From assembly GCA_000388065.2 (NCBI GenBank), contig KB932201.1: a stretch of 46,469 nt of DNA, one strand, 5' to 3'. The first letter of the stretch is position 1. Every line of letters starts with the position of its first letter. Below the pieces are notes generated by a model, which saw only the letters and a list, made by a program, of their open reading frames with translations, was not told the DNA's origin and did not search any database. This stretch comes from Fonticula alba ATCC 38817. Lineage: Eukaryota > Protista > Nucleariida. Made by a program: the position numbers and the translations under genes. Below, piece by piece: positions 24,201-36,275 of the stretch.

Positions 24201-25195
24201 TGTGATTGCTCCCTTTTGTGCTTCTCTTTCCCTCTTTTCCCTCTCCCTTCCCATCGCCCAAGGTGGTGCATATCAGCCAAGCGGATGGGGAGGGGGGGGG
24301 GCGGGAAAAACACAGACACCATTTTGTCTCAATGTGATGCCTTGGGGCCGCCTTGTCGGATGAGGACCCTGCAGCGAGAGGCGACGGGTGTGGCCACATG
24401 TGTCCTCATGGCCCCTATGCCGCGAAAGATTCGTGTCTACCCTCGCAGCCGCATGCATGTGTGTGTGTGTGAAAAGAAAGACACTGGGAGGGAGGCATGC
24501 GAAAAGAGGGTAAGAAGGGAGGGAAGGAGGAATGCTGTATTGTCGCTGCGCAACGTTCAGGACGAGCAGCGAGTGGAAGGGGGGAAGGGGGGAAGGGGGG
24601 TATAAAATGTGAAGTACAAGGAACAAGAACCCGACAAATGGGAAAGAGTGAAAGCATGCAGCCGAGGCCAGCCAGGACCGCGCAGTGAGTAGGAGTAGCG
24701 GGGGGGGGAGCAGGTGTGGAGGCGGTGGCCAGTGAGGGGCACAAATGCGCTCGGCACAGGGAGGGGAGAGGGGGCAGGCGAGGAAAGCAGCTGGCCAGGG
24801 AGAGGGGAGGGGTGGGAGGGGAGGAGGAGGAGGAGAGGAGAAATGGGTTGGCGTGGCGTGGCCGGGGATGGCCGCGAGGGGGTGAGAAAAAAGACACTCG
24901 CGCTCGAGGTCACAAGGGGTTCCGGAGCGCGGGCCCAGGTGCTATGCGTGGTGTGCGGGGCAGAGGGCGGGGGACATTCCGCCGAGCGAGAGGGGGGGGC
25001 GGGGCGGAGGATCTACCATGAGGAAAGCAAAGGCGGGNNNNNNNNNNGGAGGATGCGGATAGTGATTGACGGGGGGACGCGCCGGCGCACCCCCAGAAGT
25101 GCCAATACTAGCCCCGCAATGACTAGGAAAGAGAATGTGGAGAGTGAAGAAGGAGGGGAGGATGAGGGGGGAGAGGGGAGGGGCGAACAACGCGT

Positions 25196-26831
25196 CTAGG
25201 AGGACTTCTTGTTAGTGGCAGAGGCCGCCGGGGGGGGTGGCCCGTCGGGGGGAGGCGCCGCGGCGCTAGCACCCTTGGCGGCGGCAGCGGACTTGGTGCT
25301 GGAAGCCTTGGTTTGTTTTGCGCCACCGGTAGCCGGAGGCTTCCGCCCAGATCCAGCGGTCTTGGCTGGGGCCCTAGGGGCTGGCCGATCGGCAGCCCCG
25401 GCGGGGCCTGTGGCTGAGGTGTTGTTGACAGCGGCAGCGGTAGTGGTAGCGGCGGCCGAGTAGTCCCCAGTGGCCAGGGTAGCCGAACTGTCGGCTGACA
25501 TGTCCATCGGGCGTGAGTCTTCCCCACGAGGAGGATACTCAAGCGACCGCTCAGCCAGGAAGGCGCGCATCCGGAGGATCTCATGGATCAGCCGCATGTT
25601 GTGGTCACGCAGGAACTCCAGATACTCGTTGGCTGCAGGAGAGAACGGGGGGAGTGTGGATATGTGTGCGTGTGCGTGTGTGTGTGTGTGTGTGTCTGTC
25701 AGCGACCCGGCACCAAAGGCGACATGAGGCGGGAGATGAAGCAGTTGAAGAAAACCGGCGTACTCTTCAGCAAGATGGTGGCCTTGGAAAAATTGGTCCC
25801 GGTCAGCGAGGGGACCAGCTCGGTCATGTGCTTGAACGCCTGGCGGATGTTATTCCGGCGCTTCTTCTCCGAGAGGATGTGATTCCGGCGCTTCTCCTCG
25901 TCGGTCAGCATGCCACCTCCGTGGCGGGTGCCCGTGTAGCTGATGATCGGCGGCCCGGCCAGGCTATTAGACAGCCCGGCTGCCACGGCTTTGATTTCCT
26001 CCGCCAGCTGCTCGGAAGACATCTGTGGCTTGGCACCACGCGCGAGGGAGGGCTTCACCGTCGAGGTGGGCATACGTGGCTCGAGGAGAGCATGCTCAAA
26101 GGCCCCGAGCTGACCATGGCGCCCGGCATTACTGGTTGCCGTGCCGATCCGGGAGAAGTCCAGATCACCCGGGAGAAGATCCTGCAAACCCTCGGATTTG
26201 ACAGCCGATGAAGCGCCCGATGCGCCGGAAAGCTGCTTCAGTAGCATGTTCAACTCGCTGGTGCTCAACACACCAGACCCATTGGAGCCATCTGGCGAGC
26301 CGAGGCCACCAACCGGCAGGGTGGGAGTTTGTGACGCGGACAGTGAATCCGGCGAGGAGAGTGGGCTCGAGTCGCCGGCAGCCGCATTGACTGCTGTCCG
26401 AGCAGCAGCAGCAGCAGCGGCGGCGCCGGCGGCCTTTCCAGTGGCCTTCCGAGGGGCGGCAGAGGCCGAGGCACGCCCAGCCCGGCGCTTGGGTGCCGGC
26501 GGGGCGGAGCCGTCCGCGAGACCGGTGCCTGGCGACCCAGCACCCGAAGGAAGGAGCGACTCTTGGCTGGGCTCGTAGTCGCCCCCGGCGGGGTTCGCCC
26601 GGCGTTGACGCTTGGCAATGCTGGCAGAGGACCCATCGGTGCTCACAGCTGAGCAGGAGGAGGAGAAAGTGGAGGGGAGGAGATGGGCCGGAGGAGAAGA
26701 GAAGGCAGGACAAAAGCTTTTGCGTGAGTATACATATCTATAAATGTGTGTGTGCGTGCATGTGGGTATGCATGTGGGTATGTGGGTATGACTGCGTGCA
26801 AGAATGGACCCCACGCACCGGGACGCTTGAT

Positions 26832-26874
<43 letters not shown>

Positions 26875-27406
26875 GAGATACCCACCAGGTCGAGAGAGAG
26901 CCCGGTATTTGGATCGACACCCTGCGTGTGATGAGGTGCCTGAAGTGACTGCTGCTGTTGCTGCTGCTGCCGCTGCTGTGGCTGTTGTGGCTGCTGCTGC
27001 TGCTGCATGTAGGAAAGATGCTGCGTCTGCTGCGAATGATGGTGATGATGATGCGCCTGTTGTGGGTGGTGATGATGCGCCTGCTGTCATAGAGGGGGGA
27101 GGGGGGGGGGGGGTGTTGCGTGAGAATGTAAGAAACACAGGGGGGGTACATCAGGGCCAGCCGGACCCGTGAAGAGCGACCCCTCCCGGGGACATACCGG
27201 ATGCATGTGCATGGCAGTGCCATTGACACTGGAGACATCATGAATTGATTGGCGCAGGGACTGGTCCGAAGCCAGGTCATGACCGGAGCTCGCAACCGAA
27301 GCGAAGTCCCCACCGCGGCCAAAGAAGGCCTGGGACTGCTGCGGCATCTTGGTGGCGCTAGCAGCCCAGTGCGGAGCGCCCGGCTGCTGCAGGTGGTGGT
27401 GGTGCC

Positions 27407-27441
<35 letters not shown>

Positions 27442-28806
27442 TGTTGCTGCTGCTGTGAGTGGTGAAGATGGTGGTGGTGGTGCTGCTGCTGCTGCTGCGA
27501 GTGATAAGAGGACGAGGCGTTGGCCGGGCCGGCTCCGGCGAAGTCAGCCAGGCGCTCAGCAGGGAAGTGTCGGCTCATGGCAGTAGGCGATCCAGGCCCT
27601 TGCTGGCCGGTCTTCGGAGAGTAAGTGTGTCCCCGTGGTGGGCCCTGGCCTCCAGGCATGGAACTGCCATGGTCTGAGGAAGAGACCGAAGCGAGGGATC
27701 CCGTCGAGGAGGGAGTACTTGATGAGGATGCCGACGAAGAGGGCCCATTGGGCCCGGAGCCAGACCCAGCAGGCGTGGAGGGGGCACCGGCGTCGCCACT
27801 AGGGCCATGGTGCCGGGGCGAACTGTGAGCACTGCTGTTGGAGAAAGGATGCTGAGAAGGTTGCTGCTGCTGCTGCTGCTGCTGTGACATCCGACCGGCC
27901 TCCGGTTGTGACTGCTGCTGCGATGGCTGTTGCGATGGCTGCTGCTGGCCAAGCCCACCATACCGGAGAAGGCCATTCTGCAGGGCAAACTGAGAGAGTG
28001 GCGAAACCGGCTGCGAAGCGCCGGAGGCGTTGGCGCTATTGGCGATCAGGCTTTGGAAGCTGGGTGGTCCAGGAGCAAAGCGCGCTCCGGACAGGGTGGG
28101 CGGCATGCCAGTCGGGTGTGGAAGGTTGCCCAGTGCCTCCGGGGCAAGAGAGCCAAGGGCCTGGGCCTGGTCATGGGCTTTCCGATTGGATTGGGGAGAG
28201 GAAGAACGACGAAGAGCGGCCGAAGGGGGGCGGAGAGAGCGGGGACAAGTGGATCATCGACGGTGAGTCAACCACACGTGCGAAGGCATGCTGGCCGGGG
28301 AGGGACAGGGGGATGAAGAATGGAACGGGCGATGGGAGAGTGATCGGGCGCGCACTGAGCGGAGGAGGGAAGGCATTGAAGGAGTCAACGCCAGTAGGCT
28401 GGAAGAACCCGGCTGGCCCGACGCCCGGGCCAGCACCGACAGAGGAGGGAGAGAGCGAGGAAAGGGAGGCCATGTGGGCCGGGGCCGATCCGCCCGGTGG
28501 GCGCATCAACATCCCATCAAGGAGGCCAGGCGGGGCGCCAGTGCCGGACACCCCGCCGGCAGGTGGGACGCCGGGAAATGTCGGCGCAGTGGCCCCGGCG
28601 CCGGGGCGCGGCGGCCCGGCAAAGAAGCTGTCATGGCCCGGTGCCCCGGTGCCAAGAGGACCGAAGCCCTGAGGGAGCTGGGATTCCTCGGAGGCAAGTT
28701 TCTCAAAAAAGTTGTTGAGAATCGTCTGGTCATTGGAGGAGAAGAGGTAGCTGTCGGAGGCGACCGACGCGTCGCGCAAGGCGGGATCGAAGGGGCTGGA
28801 CGACAT
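25196..28806 (-). CDS. bHLH(-ZIP) transcription factor, fungal Ino2-like / Mlx-related, ~1005 aa with polyQ/polyH tracts
   Basis: Model complement(join(25196..25632,25764..26648,26819..27083,27198..28177,28356..28806)). bHLH: LTDEEKRRNHILSEKKRRNNIRQAFKHMTELVPSLTGTNFSKATILLK|TNEYLEFLRDHNMRLIHEILRMRAFL. N-terminal motif YLFSSNDQTILNNFFEKL. The boundaries of intron 1 are inferred from consensus and phase only. Confidence 0.85.
26836..27010 (-). repeat. CAG repeats encoding polyQ in the bHLH factor
   Basis: (CTG)n runs on the + strand are in frame with Q-tracts; further runs occur at ~27404-27500. Confidence 0.9.
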
Positions 28807-29127
28807 GGGTCCGGGTGGGGAAGGGGGGAAGGGGGAGAGGGAGGCGCACGCGTGCAGGCGCACGCAAGGGGGAGATCTGACCAGTCCGGGAGGGGAGGAG
28901 GAGGATGGCAAGAAAGGGAGAGGAGAGTACGAGAAGGGGCAGTGGCGGCTGGAAGGAGAGGGCAGAGAGACGGGGGAGATGGAAGTGGGCACAAGGAAGT
29001 GGTGGGGGGGGGTGGGGGTGGGGGGGACTACCAGACCCGAGCAATCCGGTGGTGGAGGTCACCGCCGGAAAAGCCATGAGAAGGCAGAAACGCGAAGGGG
29101 GGGAGCGCAGGCGGATGCCCAGGTCCC

Positions 29128-29359
29128 TACACACACACACGCACGCACACGCACACACACACACACACACGCACGCGCCGAAGTAGGCCCCCAGGAGAAA
29201 GGATCCTCCCTCGAACCGCCCGAAGCCGGGAGCTGGCCCACATCCCCGCGCCTCTCTCTCACCCGCCTGGCTTGAACGTTGGACTCGGGTCAGGGGAAGG
29301 CCCCGAGAGAAGGAGTGAGAAGGGAGCCGGCAACAGACACACACACACACACACACACA
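29128..29359. repeat. (CA)n/(CACG)n microsatellites upstream of the bHLH gene; the second runs into a gap
   Basis: Runs visible at ~29128-29172 and ~29336-29359. Confidence 0.85.
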
Positions 29360-32300
29360 NNNNNNNNNNNNNNNNNNNNNNNNNNNNNNNNNNNNNNNNN
29401 NNNNNNNNNGCAATCCGGCTCTGGATCTTACCCAGCGGGCGGGGACAGCGAGGTCGTGACCGCCCGCCTGAGGTGGGCCTCCCGCGCCCCTCGCGACGCC
29501 CTCCGGCTGGGGCATCTATCGGCGTTTGGGTCGATCCGTCCCAGCTGCCGGGACCACCGAGAGCCCGGGGATCCGGCTGGCACGGCTGACCGGGAGATGG
29601 CGCAAGCGCAAGTGGACGCAGGGGGGGGGGGAGGGCGCCCCGTCGGTGTACCCCAATTCGAAACTCTCCGGGCGTGGGCGGGCAGATTCCTTCCGAGGGG
29701 AGGTGGTGGGTGGGGGAGCGGGGGGTGCGGGGGGGGGGGGGGGGGCCACCCGGCCGCCCCAGGGCCTCACGCCCACCAAAAGCGGGGGGGCGTGAGGACG
29801 CGGGCAGAGGGGGGAGGATGAAGAGCGCGTGTGTGCCCACACGCCGCGCGACCGAGGCGAGAAAACAAAAACACACGACCAAGCCGCGGGGCGCCTGGCA
29901 TCGTGCCGAGGTGGCGCATGCGCCCCCCCCCAGTCGGGGGCGCACAAGTTGGCTGTTGGGCTGGGGCACCCTCCTTGAGGTGGAGTACCCCCCCGCGGTC
30001 ACCCCCCTCCCAGACGGTCTCCCTCGGCAGGGCGCGCATCTGGATGCGTGTATTTAGGGGGGGGGGGGGGGGTGCCTCGAGGCCAACGGGGGGATGTGCC
30101 CTGGGGCGGGTCCTTATGGCAGGATTTGGGCTCAAACGAGCGTGAGAGGGACATGAGGACGCGGCACACAAAACGGGGTACACCTCTGCTCGCACACAGG
30201 CCTCCGTGTGTCCCCGCTCCTCGCGGTGCCGGAAGCCTGCCCCAGCGGCGCCTCCAGTGTCTGGGCACCATTTTCCATGGGGGGGCGGAGGGAGGGTAAG
30301 GCCACCGTACCGAGGTGGCCAGCTCCGGCCCATCACTTGTGCCCGGGAAAGTGGTCGATGCAGGTGCCCCCCCCCCAAGCCCCCCTCGTCGCACATTCGC
30401 AGGCAGGTAGAGTTGCACACGCATGAGCACGGCGAGACACACGCCCCTTCGCCCCCCGGGGCAGGCCGCCAGCGAGGAGCTGCTAAGTGGTGGTGCTGGC
30501 GGGCTCCGGGGCGGAACGGCGGGCTCCGGGGTGTCGAGCGCCCTGACGGAGACGCCCCAAGAAAATCCCCCCCCCCCCACCCCCCCGCCTGGTGGAGGCC
30601 CGTCGAGACCGCCAGTCAGGCCCGCCGCCCCAGTTGGGGAAGAAGCCCCCCTGTTGTACTGCGGCGGGGGGGGGTGCAGGGCAGGAAAAGGAAGTATGGA
30701 ACCCGCCGCGGCGAACCCCCCACCCTTCTCCCTCTCCGGAGCGGAGGCGGATATATTACCCACCACCGCAGCACACCGTGGGCCGGCATCCGAGGGTTCT
30801 CGTGCGCAGTCCACGAAGGCGCGGGGAGAGCCATGCGTGCGGGATCGGGTGCTTAGGGGAGGAGGTCCGCGCGATGCGACGCTTCATCAAAGGCAGGCTC
30901 GCCGTAGGGCGGTGCGGCTACATCTGGGGGCGACCACCCCCGTTTAGGTGCTGGGGCGAGGGGCCGGGGGGGGGGGGTTCGCCGCGAAAATGTGGGGACC
31001 GAGGCGGCCCTACCGCGAAGTGACAATAATACCGGATGTTCCCAGGCGGCCGGGCCCGCAATTGATCCGGCCGCCCTTCGAGCCGCGGGGACGCCGGTGG
31101 GGTGAATACACTGGGAGTAGCATCCCTCGAGAGCTCCGGGCCCCTGCCACGAAAAGAGGGGGCAATAGGCCTGGCCCGGAGGTCGGCCCTGTGGGGGCTT
31201 GGAAACAGAGAAGCCGGCCACGGTGGCGGGGGGGGGGGGGGGGGGGAGGGGGGGGCGGGCAAACGTGTTGCCGCCTTTTGGAAACAGGGGTGCCGAGCCC
31301 CGCGGCCACACAAGAGGGGGGCCAAATGATGAAGGCCCGAAGGGCGGCTTTTTGGGGGCGCAGGCCGTTACAGCGAGAGCGGGCACGGCGCGGGGCCGGC
31401 GCGGCTCACAGACTGGAGTGAGCAAGCGGAGCGCGGGCCCACCTCGCCACCTCCGGCCCCCCGCCCGGCCTCCGGAAGCCGCTGGTCGTAGTCCTGAGCA
31501 TCAGGCGCCAGGGTGGGCAAGGGCGAAGCCCCCACCGGAAAACACACACATACACATGTGACACCACCCCATTTTGGGGGCAGGCTCGCGCACGCCGCCC
31601 GGGCTGAAGGCCCGGCGGCGGGGGGAGGAACCCAAGCGGCAGACAGCCACGCACAAGCGCCCACAGCTCCTGGACAAACAGCCGCGCCTGAAAGCGGAGG
31701 TATGTACAACCAGAAAAGGCGGGCCAGCCCCGGCGTACAGGAACACTGACGCCGAGTCGTTCCGGACGCACCGGACGCCCCCCCCCCCCCCCCCCCCCGC
31801 GGAAGGGCGAGGTCCGCCAACGGGCACGGCGCGTGTGAAAAAGCTCGCGACGCCTGCTCACCGAAAGGCAGGGCGCTCTGGCAAAAGCAGCGGCCGGCAA
31901 GCTGTCGGGATTCGCCAGCCGCCCCCCGTCCCCCTCCCCCCCGCCGGAAGGGCCCCCGCCCCTGTCCGCAATCGCGCCCTCGAGGAGCGTGAAAATGTGC
32001 ACACGCCTGAGAGAATGCCCCCCCCCCTCCTTGGACGATTACAACCCCCCCTCCCTCGCGGCCTAAGTGAAGCCCTCAGGTTCGCGCCGAAACAGAGAAC
32101 GCCAGGAAAGAGAGGGAGACAGAGGGAGAGAGAGAGAGACACACACACACACGCCATAGATGCTATGGTCTTGCGACTTTATGGGCCGCGCCTCATGGGG
32201 GCGCGTGTGCCCGGCGACCGCGCGGGAACACGGGCCAAAGGGAAAGCCCCCCTGCCGGGGCAGGCGCCAGAGTGGCCCGAGCACCCGCGCGCCTCACGGA

Positions 32301-34399
32301 CCTTCACGAGGTGTGAGCAACACACATGCTCCACACGGCGACATCCGCTCCCCCAAGCGGGGCATCCGGGACGCCGGGCACCACCCCGAGGTGCCCCCCG
32401 CCCCCCCCCCAGGCCCGGCCCAAATACGCAACCTCCTCGGCGTGCCGAGGGCCCGCATGTGTGCGGGTGTATTGACACACACACATGCACATGCACAGAG
32501 ACGGCGGCACACGCACACGCGCCACGGAGCCAGTGCTACAGCCTCGCACTGAAGGACGGCTATGCTGTTGCATGAATTTCAGCGCCCCAATAATCGCGAG
32601 GAGATCCCAACGCTCTCCAGCGCCTCGCACACCCTTGCCTGCTGCAACGTCTCGAGGCTTCTCGCGAGCAGGTGTCGTGCAGGATGGCTGGTGCCGGGGC
32701 CGGTCCGGCGCGGGGACGGGCGGGGGAGGAGGGGCACACATCGGAATAGGCGCAGCCCGCTCGCCCCCCCCCCCCCGGCTCTCACCTCGACAGAGGGGGA
32801 TAACTCAGGAGGCGAGGAGTGCGGACACAAAGACCGTCGGGTCTGACATCAGGCCGAGCGCGATGAACTATCCCCTCCAGCGGGGCGACCCCGGGAGCAA
32901 TAGCCAAGCTTGTGAGCTCCCCCACTCGCACGGAGGGGGGCCCCTTTTATCCGGGCCCCGGCCAGGCGGCAGCACGCCTGTGTACCTCGATCCTTGCGCG
33001 CGCGCGCGCACACACACACACGGATGTATATAGTTCGGCGCAAGCAGAAGGGAGGACAGGCGCGTGGACCTGCACAGCACACCCTGCTCGGTCTTTCTGC
33101 CCTATCCTTCCCACCCTACGGCCCCCTCGCCTGTGGTCCTCCGGGGAACACCAGGCCCCAGGATCAGCCAAAAGGAAGCACCCCCCCCCCCCCCCCCTCC
33201 CTCCCTCCGAGGCAGGGGCTAGAGCTCTTTCACATTGGCCGCGCATTACACCATAACTCGGGGAGCATATGGTAATCCGAGCATCAGGCAATGCTGCACA
33301 GGGCCCGGACGGCGCAGGTAACCCACAGGCAGAGGCCCCGCCTGCCGCAAGCGTATTTGGCGAATGCGGCAGGCGGCAGGGGCAAATGTGCGGTGACCAA
33401 TGAAAACCACGTCGGCCTCCCTCACGCGCCGGGCTCCAAGGGCCAGACCATCGAGGGGGGAGGCTCTCGCCCCCGGAAAGAGGGCGTGTCTCTCGCGGAC
33501 GTCCCCGTATCTCGCCCCCCCCCCCCCCCGAGGCATCCGAACGATGTGGCCTGAGAAGTGTCCAGCATGTGAAAGCGCAAAGGCCCATGCCCATTGGCAT
33601 AGCGCCTCGCCAACGGAGTTCTCTCAACACCCGAGGGTGCGGCCTGACACGCGCGAGCCGCGCCAGCAAGCCTTCGCCTGCGCGTCCCCTCCCACATCTC
33701 CTGGCCAGCCGCCCCCCCTCGGAACAATCGAAATCCCGAGGTACCAGGTTCGGAAAAAAAAAGGCCCCAAGCACCTACGCCTCAGCGAGTGCCGGCACCT
33801 TCACCGAAACATCCAGAGCAGCACTTGATCAGCGAACCCGAAACACAGCCCCTACCGCGGCCCCGCCTCTCGGAAGGGATTGATGCCAGGAGGGGCGGGG
33901 GGGGGGGGGGGGGGGGGGGGGGAGACCAAGGGCCCGGGTAGATGCCTGCCTTGCTCTGCACGGCCGGCTTGACTAAGGCTCGCGGCTCGGTGTGACCAGC
34001 CGCACCGCCAGCATCCACCCTTCGGGCGGGCCACCCAAGGGAGAGCAGGGGGCGGCGGACACAGAGACCCGATCCACGCATTACATCCGACAGCTCCCTC
34101 CCTCACCTCTCCCGAGGCAGAACCCGCCGAGGCGTCAAAGCGCCGACCGAGGCCCCAGAAGGGGACACCCCACCCAGGCCCAAGTCCCGGCACCCTGTGA
34201 CCCAACGAGGACCTCCTACGACCGGCGCTACCTGGCCGGGCTTTTTTGCACGGGCCGAGGAAGGCAAGTCTCAGTCTAGAGCATGGAGAGACCGGATAAT
34301 CCGACAATAAAGATGGAGGATTATTTTCAAATTGCATTAGCCGCTACACGTTCTGGATAGTGTGCGTTCTCCACCATCAGACCCATGGCCAGCACTTGA

Positions 34400-34646
34400 C
34401 TAACTTGCGGGAGCCTCCCGAAGCTCGAAACGCGAACAGATCGCGCACCCAGGTAGCCGCATCATTCGGAAGGTGCCGGAGTAAACGCCAATTTCCCCAT
34501 GAAAGGACATATAATCATCCAGGGGTCTTGCCAGGCCGGTGGCCAGCTTGAGCGCTTCGCCAACGCCGATGCCTACAAGGCCAAGCGTGAGTGGCAAATA
34601 AAACCACGGGGATGGTCATGAGTTGGAATACCTGAATGCGAAAAGG

Positions 34647-34683
<37 letters not shown>

Positions 34684-36275
34684 AGGGAGACGGGGGTGGG
34701 GGAGTGACGCACCAGCAATCAGGGCATTGGTCGACACAACGGCCGGCGTCGCCTGGCGCAGGGTCGCCACCACGGACGCACGACCGACCCCGGGGATGCC
34801 GAACTCCTGGGCCCGCGCCGCGGCCGACTGGGCCAGCCAGCTGATATGCGCCTCGTTCTCGGGCTGGATCTCGACGCCTGGACCGCGCGCCGGCCAGTCC
34901 ACCTGCACGGCCCAGGCAATGCAGTGTCCAGCAGTACGCGGCCGACCGGCCAGCGTGCAGAGAGGCGCCTCGGCCGTCTCGTCATTTGGATACAACCCGG
35001 CTTGGCATTCAATGCAGGAGGTAAATCCCGGGATGATAATGCGAACCTGGCCGCTGAGGCCTTTTTAGTTGATCAGGTCGGGCAAGGCCGACTGGTTAGT
35101 CTGACCGAGATGCGGTCTGGGTCAAGGGGAGTGGGGGGTGGTGATGCGAAGGACGCGCTTTCGAAGGGACACCGCCATGCGCACCCTCGGAGCCACAGTC
35201 GATCAGGGGAATGGCCGTGGCAGGGTCGGCGCCTCCGCCAGGTAGCATGTCAACCATCCTGTGAAGTGTTCTGCATGATGGTGTTTTTGGTTGGTGCTGT
35301 TCTTGTCAGGGGTGTTGGGGCGGAAGGGACGGCCGAGGGGCAAGCCGGCGAACATGCGTGCGGGGTATTAAAAGAAAGAGCATCATCACAGGGAGGAGAG
35401 GGAAGTACATGTTCACCCAACGCCGAGCCTCAATGGAATCCAGACCGGAGAGGATGAGTTGGAATCGGTGAAAAAAGGAACGTGGAAGCTGCGTCAGATC
35501 CGCGCACACCGATTCCACGGTGGCCTGGGGGAATCGCGCCCGTGCGACCTGCGCTGCGACCTCGGCCTTGGGGCGTCCAACGTCACGCTCACTGCATGCG
35601 AGGAGAAGATGGGGGGCGGGGAACGGCGGCACAGGGTCATGGTGATGGGGCGTGCAGGGGGGTATGGGTGGGTGAGTAAGTGACAGACGGTTGGAATGGG
35701 CCGCCATGTGCTGACGGCGGAAAGAAAAAGACGGGCTGGCGCACCGGAAAAGAAACTGGCGGTGGAGATTGCTCACCTCGACGGTGTCCATGTCGACGAT
35801 GACCAAGTTGCCGAAGCCACTCAATAAGCAACACTTGAGCAGCTCGCACCCGATGCCGCCGGCCCCGAGGATCAGGACGGGCAATTGGAAAAGTGCATTG
35901 GTCTGCGCGGCAGTGGTGGTGGTGGTGGTGGTAAGGGGGGGAGGGGGAGGGGGAGGCGGCGGGCGGTGAGAAGAGGGAAAGACACGACTGGCGGTGGAAA
36001 AGCAGTTGTCCGTGTTGGGGCACCTTTTGCGCAAGAAGCACCTCATCGGTGGCGGTGGAACTGGTAGTGCCAAGGGAGAAGGCGCGGAGGATCTCCGTGA
36101 GGCCGGGGGGGATCAGTGTGCCGGTGGGTGGGGTAGTAGGGAGACCCTGGTGTGCGTAGCAAAAGGAGGGAGGGGTGTGAGAGAAGGGCGGTAGTCCTGG
36201 TATGGGCTCGCCGTTTGCGGACCTCGGCCCCCCAAGAAATCCGAGCCAGTGATCGGCCATCGCGATCGGGGGCAT
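34400..36275 (-). CDS. UBA3: NEDD8-activating enzyme E1 catalytic subunit Uba3, ~399 aa, no visible C-terminal UFD
   Basis: Exons 36024..36275 (5' part uncertain), 35745..35902, 35409..35591, 35185..35270, 34713..35060 and 34400..34572. Motifs: [74 protein letters not shown], catalytic-Cys motif [22 protein letters not shown] and final CAIC zinc pair. Confidence 0.9.

Noticed and set aside
26761-26790. (TGTGGGTA)x3 resembling yeast telomeric repeats
   Set aside because: It is short, intronic and embedded in TG-rich microsatellite, with no array.
31640-31700. ARLFVQELWALV resembles the end of a PWI domain
   Set aside because: The rest of the PWI domain (the PWI motif, QINLTGFL) is not found in any nearby frame, so this is likely chance.
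33566-33574. ICRE/UASINO-like CATGTGAAA upstream of the Ino2-like gene, suggesting autoregulation
   Set aside because: It is a single 8-9-mer about 4.8 kb from the ATG; roughly one such hit is expected by chance in 46 kb on two strands.
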